The notes under the pieces: model-generated | Databases searched by the model: none | What the model saw: the letters and a program-made list of their open reading frames with translations, nothing else | What the model was told of the DNA's origin: nothing | Origin: Balanoglossus misakiensis | Taxonomy: Eukaryota; Animalia; Hemichordata | Direction: 5' to 3' | Length of the DNA: 64,000 bases | NCBI GenBank assembly: GCA_040954595.2 | Contig: CM082579.2 | Location: 368,922 to 432,921 of the forward strand | Translations under genes and position numbers: made by a program | Shown here: piece by piece, positions 1 to 16,700 of the stretch | Layout of the letters: each line of letters starts with the position of its first letter | Position numbering within the stretch: the first letter of the stretch is position 1

Positions 1-54
1 ATTCATGCTAGGTTGGTCAAATTTCAACCAAAGACAACCTGACATGACTTTTAC

Positions 55-3038
55 CTTGATAGTCTTGATGATGTTTCTCATAAGACAAACAGAACTCTAT
101 AAACTTCATTAACATCCTCTTCTCCAGCATACTAACATACTTGCTACTAAATACATCTGACCTTGAACATGGAACCTGACGGTCAAATCAAGTCATATAT
201 GTTTTGTGATGTTAATAATTTCAATCACACTTCCAAATACGACCTTGCACATTTTCACAGGATATCAGTTTGCTTTGCCACGCCTTACAGTCACATGGAG
301 CAGATCATAAATATGTTTCAAGGACTCATTGGTAAACACAGACATAAGAACATGATAGATCAAAATGATTTATCTCTAAAAGAAATAAATGATGTAACTG
401 TCAAGTGCACTCAGATAAAAACATAATTGCAGAAAGATTTAATATTGGCAACTGTAGAATGATATTATTAGTTTGGAAATTAACTCTACCTGCTCTATTT
501 TTCCATTGAGGTGTGTTAAAATTCTTGTCACACATTTGAATTCTGCATAGCGGCTAATATTAGATGATATCAACAGTTCTACCAGTGATCCTCTTGAAAA
601 TAAAACCTGGAATGGAAAGAAAAATAATTGTATGAAAATACAAAACCATCAGCAAGGATCTGGTTTCTGTTTTGACATGACTTCATTGAACTGTCATTTT
701 TATCAATGATTAACTACTCTAGTGGACAGTATGCCAGATTATTCATTGACTCTTGCAAACACCTTTCACACAATGAATGAGTCAGGGTTCTAAGGTTAAT
801 TATATAATGTATTACTGGTTTGAGTACACACAACTGTTCCATCATCATCAGATGCATTTTGAGGAACACTGAGGTGGTATTGAGATTTTAGTACTTTGAC
901 TATTTAAGTCTGCAAACACTACATTTAGTCATTCTTCAGTGTAATGTCAGTCATAGTCATATTTTTAAGGACAAGGGTGTAAACAAGGTCATAGGCTGTA
1001 TTATTCTTCAGGAAAAACTAAATGCAAATACACACGGATCTGAAATTTACCTTTGGTGCTAAATCCACATTGAATCTTCTCCAATCTTTTTTAATATCTT
1101 CCATAGTCCATTCTTTCTTGTGTGATTTGCTTGGTAATCCTTTGATTTCCTCACCAGATGTTGTATTTGACACTCTACTATGACCGTGATAACTCTGAGT
1201 ATCATCACTGGCCACACCTTCTTTGGTTTCATCAATTCCAGTCTCTTCTCCATCCTTCTCTGTTATGCCTTTCACATTCTTTTCATCAACACTCTCATTT
1301 TCTGGCACATCACTCACAACTTTCCGTTCTGACTCCTCGGCATTGTCCTTTTCCGATACTTTTTCCGTACATTCCTTGTCTTTTCCTTGACTCTCCGGTT
1401 TATTCTCTTCTGAGAATGGAGTGTTGTCTCTAGCATCCACATCATCTGATGTCTCAGCCATTGTCGTCAAGCCAATCTCTTCCTCCACTTGATGCGTTCC
1501 TCCCACATCAGATTTCTGTAACAGATTCTCATCCTCTGAGTGTGTTCGTTCCTTCTTTTCTCTGAGAAAATGGCAACATGACGTGATTAGAAAATGTGGT
1601 TAGAGAAGAAATTCTCATTTCCACAGTATTAACCATATGATCAAATTCCCAAAATATACAACTGGTTATATTGTGAACGTGAATTAAAATTAAACTGACT
1701 TACTTGATGAAAGAGTAGACTTCCAAGTTTTGAATAGTATTTCCTTTGCTAGGCATATGAATCAAGAATTCCCCTTCACCAACTTCAAAGTTGTTGGTAT
1801 CAATGGTGGCCCCTGCTGTGTCTTCATCATCAGCTTCAGGATTCTACTCACAAATGTAAAAAAAAAAAATAACCCTCATCTTTAAGATTTTCCCAATATT
1901 ATTTCATTTGCAATGCTGTGATCACCCTCGTTTTTCTGATCCTCCGTAAATTTACAAATTGGACTTATAAGTGTATGCTTTGCATCCTCCCACATTTTTA
2001 ACAGCTGATTGTAATCAGATTGCATTACCTACTCAATAAGAGATCTTTCTGTGACTTTCCTCTTTATTCTTGAAATCACAAATTCTGCCAGATGACTCAT
2101 CTGGCAAAACACTGCCATCTTACCTTGTGGTTTTCAATCCATCTTTCTAAACTGTCAAAATTAAAAGTGGACCAATCGCTTCCATAGTAATCATTTCTGT
2201 CAAACATGAGTAAAATATAAATAAAAGGTGATACATTTTAGCAGGTTGATAGAGCCATGATCTCTGTTATCAATCAATAGTTTGCAACAAAAGCCACCAT
2301 GGCTTCAAATTTTTCTGAGTCATACTGAATCACATCAGACTTCAAACTAATAAAAAAATTGGATATTAGGAGCCATTGATTGTAATATTCATCAGATATG
2401 TGAGGGCTTTGATTGATTTGATGATCCAATGCCCTGACAGATTAAGGAAGAAGTAGAAGCTGACCTGTCAATGTGCAAAACACCTTGGCCAATCCTAGCC
2501 AGTGCTGCTGCAAGAATACTCTCTGGCACCCCTGCAAAAATAAACACCAACTGTGTTGTTAAAGCGTTAATGAAAATGCTATTGAAGAGGACACCATTTT
2601 CACACCCATTCATTCTCAATCTCACTCTCAGCAAACGCCTAGCTCTAAAGTATATTGGGGTTGTATAAAACCGGTTGTTGTGAGGTGAATGTATAGTTAT
2701 GAATGATATCTTTTTTATTTTTCCTGCAAAGTAAATACATCAAATTTGTCATCACGCATCCTCCCCACCCCTGGAGGCGCATCAATACCACAGGAAACAT
2801 AAGACCTCCTCCTGAGTGTTGTTTTGTTTCAGGACCGTCTGTTCAGGGGTTTCCGCTTTGATTTGTAGGTTTTCATGAACGTGTGGCTCGTTATTTCACT
2901 TAATACACAATAGACTATCACATCATAACATATTCGTTGAATTGTATGTAAGAAAAGCAAGTATCCTTGACAATTATTCAGATTTTTACCTGTTCCAATC
3001 ACAATCGCATCGTACTCCGAAGGCAGTTCGTCAGCCAT
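55..3038 (-). CDS. CHM: Rab escort protein 1 (Rab geranylgeranyltransferase component A), exons 1-7; gene continues beyond the window's left edge
   Basis: GT-AG exons 2990-3038, 2465-2531, 2124-2196, 1704-1843, 1051-1561, 490-606 and 55-175 splice in frame. Translation includes [81 protein letters not shown] and VPCSRSDVF. These are GDI/REP motifs, and the long acidic insert in exon 5 is typical of REP rather than GDI. Confidence 0.95.
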
Positions 3039-3345
3039 TTTCAGATAAACATGACGTCATTATTTTGGGCGTTTTATTACAACGGTGCTTACTATTGGCT
3101 GGAGGATCCGAATACGCAATATTCTAGAGCAATGGCATACTGCGTACTGTAACCTCACATACGTGAGGTCAGAGGTCAATGCCGGTGAAGGGGAATATTC
3201 CATTTCAACTTTCATTCAGTTCAGAATTTTCTGCTGTCCGACGAAGTGTATCCTGGATCGTGTGTAAAATGTCGTTCAGTCTATCCTTTAATTAAATATC
3301 ATTTGGGATAATCGAGACTCCTGGATCGTTACTATATCTGGTAAG
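3039..3345. promoter_or_regulatory. Probable bidirectional promoter of CHM/SLC36 and non-coding first exon of SLC36
   Basis: CpG-enriched stretch directly upstream of the CHM ATG. It contains TGACGTCA (CRE) at 3052-3059 and a + strand donor G|GTAAGA at 3340/3341. A candidate acceptor TTGCAG ends at 4501, upstream of the SLC36 ATG. Confidence 0.5.
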
Positions 3346-4572
3346 ATTCGTTTATTTTCCGCTTTCCCCCTTGCCACGTCTATGTGATCACGGACGTACA
3401 CAACACTGTACGCCAGCTGTCAATATCTTGTTTTGATTGTGTACGTATCATCTTTTGACATTTGCCAGTACACAAACATATGTCATCAGTGAAGACATCA
3501 AAGATCTACTGATCAGTAGATCACCATGTCGACTTACTACCAGTTATTAAATTTTGAACTAGTCAGTATATCCATGGAGTAGTCATAAGACTGGGACAGT
3601 GGGTGGATACGTTGCAGAACCACGGTTCCACATACATCATCCGGAAGCGTACCGATCGTTCTTGAATATTTCATTTTGCAAATCAAAATTTTATAGAACA
3701 TCTGGATTGTGCACCCCTAAACAGGAGGTAATCAAATAATCAGATCTCATGGTTTACTTGAGAGCTGTTTATAACATAATTCCAAAGCCAACAAGTGCAT
3801 ATCAACATACCGTCAACACAATAAAAATATGCAAATTTTAACATGGTAATGTACAAAAAACGAAACACGAGTTCCAGTGCGTGGGATTGTGCGCCACATA
3901 TCACCTGACTCTGACAACATAAACTGTTGCACTTCTCCAAAATATGACTGAAGAATGTTTCAATCTATTATTTGAGAATTTTCAGAGCACAACATTATGT
4001 GTTTATTATAGAACAAAACTATTAAGCTGTTGAAGCATATGATACTGTAAAAAAAGTTGTATACAATCACATACATGTACATGTTTGTTCAGAACAGACT
4101 AGTGTGTTGACTTGTGTCCACAAGGTATTAAATTCAGTGTGGGGACAGGGGAGTTACATAAGTATTTACCTTCTGTGACCTCAGAAAACCCAAGTCTCAC
4201 CAGTGTTACCCAATTTCCTTCCTGCGGAAATGACCTCAGTAATTTCCAAGGTAACATTACTGATTCCATAAGATAGTAAGGGTCATTTGCAATGATTTTA
4301 CAAAGATGAATTGTCTGGCAAGTGTATAGCACACATGTCATGATTTACAAGCTGTAATGATGGAAACAGTTTAGCATATTTGCTGTACAATGTGTTCCAA
4401 AAAGTTGGATTTCTCTGAAATGTTGGTCAGATAAACTTTGCCCGTAAAAATTGTGAAATGCTGTTGTTTAATAAATACGCGGTACTTCTTTCGTATTGCA
4501 GAGCTACACATCATAAACTTAAAGACCTCCTGATACATGAGTTGTATCAACAAAGAAAACTTGTTTCTGTGA

Positions 4573-8571
<3,999 letters not shown>

Positions 8572-9747
8572 TGGAGCTCAGTTTGCGCATCCCCCTTGCC
8601 TGGTTGTGGATTCTTCCATGTTTTCCTGCTGCTCAGTGACGGTGTCGTTTGCCACTGACGGCAGTTGTCCAGTTACAACCAATAGACTTCATACTCAATG
8701 GCTGATGAGATTCTGGAGAATCCGGGAAAAAGTGCAAATGATTGGAATTTTTAAATGCCTGCATTGAATTGCAAATGAAGCAATTGCTAACCTTTTTAAC
8801 TCAAGTGTTTTTGAAGTATGGAACATCAGTCTTGATGTCTTCAAGTACAAGAAGCTGTATTTTGCCTCTAATGTCAGAGAGTTGACAATCAGTGCTGAAG
8901 ACGCACCTTCTGCTAGATTTAGATATTAGCTGCAAAGTCTGTGGATCTACTGGTAGTTAGCATGTATGTCAGACAGGAAGAGAAATGCAACAAGATTATG
9001 TGATAAAGCTTACCAAGTTATAGTTTGGTGCATACATGAAAAGCATGTAACATTATGTGAAATGTACTAGTAGATGCAATCATATCAATGTTAAAAATTT
9101 ACATAATGACTAGTGTGTATGCAGAAATGTGCATACGCATTAGGGTTTTTTTCTTTACCAAGACCATGTGAAATCTACCAACCAACTTCCAGGGTATGCA
9201 AATGTAACTATTACTTAGCAACTTCACAAGGCGTAATGATGTTTATGAATCAACTGCATACTCTATACAGTTGGTAGTGAATTTATTTACAGTAGTCAGA
9301 CAAATAGTTTGTTTCATGAATGGTTGCTATGGAAAAGGTTGATTGTTTTTTTCTATCTTCATCACAATAGATGTCATAATTCCTGTCAGTTAGGATGCTG
9401 ACATTGCCGCACTTATAGACACCATCAGAGTGTAAGTGGATTTCAGATAACTGATCAGATTTAGCTGTTGAAAAGGATACACATAAAACAACTCATGTTG
9501 GCTCACCTCTGGTTGGAACCGTTGATTGTATAATCAACATTTCATATTTACATGGGCATCATGACTCTGGTTTTAGTAATGGCTGTTAAAACTAAGAGCT
9601 TTCATCTTTTGCATCTGTAATATAAAATATTTTATAAAAATTAGAATTTTTTTGTTTATCGAAAACATTTTAATCTTTTACTTCAGTTCCATGCGGTTTT
9701 CAAATAGTTCTTTTCTGGAAAACATGCCAAAATCATTTAGATTTGCT

Positions 9748-9813
9748 TTAACCCTTTCCCTGTGTAGAATTCTGATTTTACCATAGAAAACAAAGGATTT
9801 AGACCAAAATATG
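9748..9813 (+). mobile_element. Decayed copy of the TTAA mini-element at 45248-45339
   Basis: Starts TTAACCCTTTC and shares CCCTGTG-AGA, TTTACC-TAGA-AA and GATTT-G-CCAAA in the same order. The right TIR is lost. Confidence 0.55.
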
Positions 9814-10064
9814 TACAAATAGTTTTTTCTGTTTATGTAGTGGTTATATCATCTTGAATTACAACATTTTGTTCAAATAAACTCACTGGTTTGAGAGGAG
9901 ACAGAGATGATGCTGGCTCTTACCTTAATCATAGCTAGTCAGTGTTCTGTACCTGACCTCCCAGAATGCATCATCGAATGAACGACTCTGACTGCAACAA
10001 AATATTTCATACATGTCTTCATTTGTGCACAGTCACAGTTCATGGTATCAGTGGCAGTGTTTAA

Positions 10065-10097
10065 AATAAAAGTTAACAGTTTTATTCATTCTTTATT
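10065..10097. terminator. Back-to-back candidate poly(A) signals of convergent SLC36 and NUP98 transcripts
   Basis: AATAAA on + at 10065-10070; AATAAA on - at 10081-10086 and 10092-10097. Confidence 0.45.
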
Positions 10098-10773
10098 CAG
10101 ACAGCCTTTATGAAAACATACGCTCAAAAATGTAACCGACAACTTGTGTACATATCGCACCTACTGTTGTAATTTGACAATGGCAATGTACTGTGTATGA
10201 AGAATGTGAGCTTTCAGGACAATAAAAAAATTAACAACATTCAATTTTGTATTCTTTGTGTATATAACTAAGATCATGATTACAGACAGGTCTACAAAAA
10301 ACAGGAACAAAATTCTGAACTGATAACAATTTATAGTCTTCATTATTGCAAGATGCTGGGTTAAGTATAGTTATACATGTATATACAGTTCAAAAACACA
10401 CAATGAAGTTTACCTAGGATAAACATTTATGGGCAGGTTTATCTACTTGAAAAAGTGATGCCCACAATCACATTTGTCATGGAATATTTCCATATCTGGC
10501 ATTACTACGATATGCAAATCTAATTTGTCCCTCTTTGCAAAATGTCATCTTTTTGGCAATAAATGACTTGTTATCTGATCCAGTACAGTTAGGTCAAACA
10601 TTCCCGACACATCTGAACTGACTTCAATCCTCCAATTCCTTCTGAATCTGTTGATACAGTGGGAATTTAACCTTATAAACCTCTATGATTGATCCAACAC
10701 CTTAGACACAACTGTGGTTAGACCAAGAAACAGAGAGATAGACATCACAAATGTCGAGGCAGATGTTCCACCT

Positions 10774-13700
10774 TTATGCAGTCATCTCTACCATATAGCT
10801 GCGAGTCGGTTGTCTCAGTTCTTGCAATGCATAATCTTCCGGCATTGGTAGTCTTCCAATATGTGGTGCTAACAACCTCGATGGTATGACGGCTTCTTGG
10901 TCTGGATAAAGGGATTGATTCTGTAAAAGATACAAGATACAGCATGTTAAGTAAATACATGTACTCAACACCTTGGTCAAAAGACAGTTTGGTATTAATG
11001 GACCATGAGGTACGACTTTTAAACTACAATTTGTTCATGGCAATGTACTTGCTGAGAAATATCTGCACAAGAATTATCATTATCAAAACTGACGCACACA
11101 CACATTGATATTTCTTACCTGTAAACTCAAGACAGCCTTCATGAGGTTAGCTGTCTTCTTGGCCATTTCTGACTGACATAGTCTATCTTTGGCAGTCCTA
11201 CATTCTAAATGTCCAACTCTACTACACAGAGATGCTATCTCTGGATGCAGTCTTTCCACGTCATACATTTTGGGTTCTCTTTCTTGTTGCAATTCAGTGA
11301 GACGCTGTGACACTCGCATGTAATCCAGATACACTTTCCCACCGATGTTCCAATCCTGAATTGTTGAACTTCTGTCGCCCGGTGCTAATTCAACCAAAAA
11401 GTCTTCCAGATATGCATAATTTTCTGTACAGGAAAATATTTCATTAGTTGTAATAACAGGAATAATAAATAACCTAGATTTTCTAATCGATTTGAGATTT
11501 CTACTCACCATTAATGATTGCATCTGCAGCAAGATGTGTGATAATAATAACATGACTATCATTCCAGTGTCCAGCTTTCAAGAGATGTACAGCTTCATCA
11601 TGATGTCGTCCTTCATACTTGGCCCGTAATGCCTGCCACAGAAAATATCAACAGTTGAGAATCACTTGTTGTATTTCAGACTATATATCCTCCTTCAACT
11701 AAGCTCCACTTTGCAAAAATTTCACATTTTGCTGGTGTCTGAAATTTGGTAATATGTTGCCTAATCTTGCACAGATATTGCTTAAGACTGGGCTTCAAAA
11801 TAGCAGGATGAAATCTGAACACTATAGAATTACAAGACTAACCTTGGCTTCGTGTATCCATTCTTTGGGTATAGAAAGTCTCTCAACTAACAATTCTTCT
11901 TTCTCCAAACATTCTTCAGTCTCGTCCAATGAACAGTGACGACACAACAGATTACGAACAGCATGTTCTCTCCTAAAGCAAAAAAAAATTCAATATGAAA
12001 AACTTCCCAGAACACCTTGTAAGGCTCTACACATCAACTGATCTTTTAAAATAATCTACCGGTAATGTCTGTTGTCAACCATTTATTCTTTATACATGTA
12101 TACCACAACATTTTTTACTATTTAGATGCATCTATATTTGAATACAAGAGAGTTTCTTACCGTCTGTCATCTTGTATGTGAAGCAAAGCAAATACTGCCC
12201 ACTGCCACATTCCCATAGCTTCAAGATGTGATGCAAAGTTACAGTGTAACATACATGCATGTTGATCTGATATGTGGATGTAATCCAAAGCTTGTAAGAC
12301 CTGGAACACATGCCAGCTGCAACCAAATAGAAGAGCAAATATCAAATGTAGCTGGTGTTACATTACCTTTTTCAAGAGATGTATCAACTCAGTCAGTCAG
12401 TCAATGTCATTCAGTCACGTTGCAAAGGTACACTTCAACAGGCTCACCACTTTGTGTGATACAATGATGAATCAACCCAAACCAACAATTAAACCATACC
12501 TCAGTCTGTAATCTAACTGGTAACATGTGGATGTTGTTGGAGCTAATATTCTCTCCATTCTATGTCCATGTTGCGTGTACAACTTCAACAAATGATAACA
12601 CATATCCCTAATGACATAATGTTTATCACTTGACTCCTCTTCCAGATCCATGCCTAATTCCGGATGGTTTTCCAGGTATATTGGCAGTGGGGTACAGGCA
12701 TATTTTTCATAGTTTCCTCTTCCCTGAAAAATTGGCAAAAGAAGTAAACGAGAGAATACATATCACAAAATTAGCAAGAGTCAATGAATAAAAATGGCTC
12801 CAGAACATACCAATGCCTTATCATGTTCTAATTCAAGTTTTACAAAATCATAGATTTTTTCGTAAGTATTTCTTACCTTGAAGGCATTTTCATATTCCTT
12901 GAGAGCATCACCAACAGATGCATTTTTATTACATATGTACCTGAAAGGTAAAAAGCAAGAAATTAGAATTTGCAGGACATTTTTATTTCTACATTTCTCA
13001 GAATTGGTTCTGTGGTGAGAGTATTAGCATACAGAAAGTCCTATATCAAGTAGGGGTTTGATGACAGAATGTACATGGCTGACCTTCCACAACTTGAAAC
13101 TGTTTGACTTACCAAAGATGAACTGCCAGGGCTCTCTTCCAGTCCAGTGTCTCACATGCATTGATTAATCCTTCTGAAGATATCCAAACAGGACAACCAG
13201 CAAGTAATGCACTGACTCGGATGCGAGAATGCTCCAAAAATTTTACTGCCTGTGAATTGATATGTTATAGACACATGTTTACTACAAACTTATTTACATG
13301 TTAATCTGACCACCATCATCAACAATGCATCACACATACACAAACAACCTGTGGAATGAATCCAAATTACTCACTTTATTTTCTTCCCAATCACTCAGTT
13401 GTTTCTGCAGATCACACCTGACATCAAAGGATCCTTCACATTGTGAGATCAGCATTGCCAGTCTGTGATCTTTGGATTTCTGTGCCATCTGGCAAGCTCT
13501 ACTCACTTGATTTCCACTCAGAAGACTAAAGATTGCATCAATGTGACTATCCTGTGGAGTACAAGTACAAATTAATGTTCAGTTGAAGAGTGCATGTGCC
13601 TTTTCTGCAATAAAATGCCACACACTGCCGCTGCGTTCCACCTCAAAAACACAGCTTCCTTTTGCCTATCCCAGACTCAGGCCAAGATAATCTGACTCAG

Positions 13701-16700
13701 TTGCGATTATCATCAATGACTTTCTTACCTTAGATTTAGCTTCTCTCACTTCAGTCTGGATTTTTTCTCTGGCAGCGTCAGAAAGCCATCTTGAAAATGC
13801 ATCTCTCCTTGCTTTCTGATGTAAATATGTACCTCGTTCTGCGTGGTCAAAAAAGACAAACATAAAATGTCAATTCACCCACTACTCAAAGAGACCTTTC
13901 CTAGAAACTTTCAACCTAGTACTGACTGTACTTCCACTATGCCTATAATCACAATCAGCACGTGTTGAGACAGTTCTTCTATAAACAGAATAACAAGGCA
14001 TAGAAATCTTACCTGCAGCAACATCTTCAGCCAAATCACCCCACAATGCCACACAAAGACTGAACACCAGATGTGTATGTTGCAATGTTTCTTCATCAGC
14101 CAGATTGGAATTCTCCTCAATGTCTTCTTCTGCGACTTTGGCGTATTCATGAAGTGCTTCTACACCAGGTTGTGATATAAACACAGGACATCCTGATTGG
14201 TTGGAGCATATGCTGTGTCTCAGCTGCACATCGAGTGATCTTTCATGTTTGGCCTGAAAGAAGGGGAGGGGGGGGGAACAGCATTTAGGACAAATCTCCC
14301 TTTTGATTACCATTGTCACATTCATGTCTGACTCAATATTCAATGCAAAGGTGATATGTGCAGCATTCTTAAGTTGTTGCAGTGCACACACCTACAAACA
14401 CAGGAACAAGAAGCTCCCACTCTGATCCAGTAGCAGAAAAATTTAAATTTTAGTTCTTGACACACTTGTCTTACCTGTGATTTTCTGTCTTTATCAGAAA
14501 GATGTGGAGCCACATGAACTCTCTCCAGGGTCACATTAAATGGAGTGGTTTCGACTTTGGGACTCGTTTTTGATGCAAATAATGAAAATGGTATGGTATC
14601 TGTCTGTTCTGTGCCTGTACAAAAGATAATCACATGAAATAATAAAGAAGTTTCACATTTTATATTTTTGTAAAAGCTGCATATTTCAGGACATGGTGTG
14701 CTAAAAATGTCTCATAATTTAAACTACAGATCGTAAAATGAATCATGAGTTTATGCTGTCTTTACCTTTGTCTTCTGTTTGTTGACTGATGGCTTTACCA
14801 AAATGTATCAGAGTGCAGTTGGGACCCCATCCAACACGACACGCCCGTCCTCTCATCAAAGCAGAATCAGCAACCATAGAGTATCTATCTTGCATGATAG
14901 ATTCTTCCAGTGGTAACTGAACGCACTGTCTTCGTGAACCAACCAGTTTCTGTTTCTGTGTCTTCTCAGTGTGTGTGACACCACTTGGCAGAAGCATTGG
15001 TTGTGGTGCTGAGATGGGCAGGCCTCTCTTGGCTGGTCTTGGGGCAAATATACCTGACGTGATGGGTTCATGTCTGGCAGGGACCTGGGTCTCTTCCACT
15101 GGTAATCTGGTCTTCAAACTGGAATCTGTCACGGGTGATACGCCAAGATATTTCATGGGACTTCCAAGGGGTCTGGGTTGAATAGCTGCACCAAACCCAC
15201 TTCTTTCAAATGCAGACACTGTAGGAAGGAGATGGGAATTCAGTTTTGTCATTGACTGATCAAGCAAAAAATATTATGATCTAGTTATGATCATAAATGG
15301 GTTTGGATCATATCCCATGGTTTTCAAAGGACAAGGGACTGACATTCAAAAGTTTACATAAAAACACTTCAGGACACACTGTGTTTATCCTTACCATCTT
15401 GTCTTCCATCCTCCAACATCTGAGGTGGTGATGACAGCAAACTTACAGCAGGTCTCTGTACAAAGCCTATCAACAGAAAATGTTGTGGAATCTTTGTATG
15501 TAGCTGACACAGTTTATACTGGTTCATTCTCTTTGCTGTCGAATGCCAGTAAAAGATGATTAAAACTAAGATTAACCTAGCACATTGCTTTGTTTGTTGT
15601 ATCCTTTGAAGAGTTGCCTTATTATTTGTAGTATTTAACAAGAACATTAATTTGCTACAGACTATCTCATTGCTTTGCTGTTTATTGAAACGTTGCGCCA
15701 CAGAGATACTAGTAATCTGATAACTGTTTCTTTGACCTTTTGATCTTGAATAGAACAACTGAAAATGAAAGTGGAAAATGTCTGCATTCTGATCTTTCTT
15801 ATCAAAAGTAAAACAACATGATAAATGACAGATTACGACTTACGACTACTTGGTGCTTGGTCCATCTCTTCTTCCTCACCGAAGAACGAAGCTTTCATGA
15901 CTTGCATACGATGTGAACTCATGCCAAGTGACGCCGCAAATCTATGTGAATTCGTTACACGTTCTTCCATATCAGCATCGTCCATACCAACTGAAAAAAA
16001 CACATAACACTCACCATGAATTCACAAAGCCTTGTTACCAGTCATTGTTTGACAATAGTGAACACAAAAGGCCACTTTCATGACCCGAGTGACCTTACAT
16101 TCTAGTGTTTTGTTGGTATGACATCATACATCATTCAACTTTGCATACAACATTCCCCCAGCCTAGTCTTAGTGTGAACATTGCCTAACCTCTTTGTGGT
16201 AGCCTTGGCAATGGTTCCCTAGCAACATCAGCCATGTCACTATCAGTATCTCTGTCATCTGCCATTGGTTCTTCCAGTTGAGCATCATCTTTATTTCGTT
16301 GTTTCTCCTCAACTTTTGGTTTCTGTACAAAAAAACATCAACAGTGGTGAAGATATCTGAATAAGACTCAATCTTCAATTTTATTTGACATGATCTTTAA
16401 TATTTACATTTTTTAAGAGTTAATGTGGTACAGATGTAAACAAACTTCATTGGTTTCAAATCCACCAAGAATGATTATATGAACAAACTTTCACAATAAG
16501 ACTTGAAGTAAAAAAATACTTAATTGCACTTAAAATTTAATAACAGCAGCTGACATTATTTATTGTGATGCAAAGTTTCAAATAAACACTTTAATACATT
16601 GATATAAAATATTAGACTCTAAGTCTGTTCAAGTCAGTTGGCTGACATATGTTACATATCTTTAGTAAACAGAAATATATGTCATACTTTATGATAACAT

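Noticed and set aside
782-848. C/D-box-like motifs (TGATGA...CTGA) in CHM intron 5
   Set aside because: No terminal stem or recognisable rRNA guide, and the C box is part of a short GAT repeat.
10745-10960. Alternative reading frame for the NUP98 last exon
   Set aside because: The conserved [15 protein letters not shown] terminus is in the frame that stops at 10774.
15369-15758. 129-aa ORF running through a NUP98 intron into exon 15395-15466
   Set aside because: The acceptor at its start is phase-incompatible with the upstream exon and the intronic part has no protein-like features.
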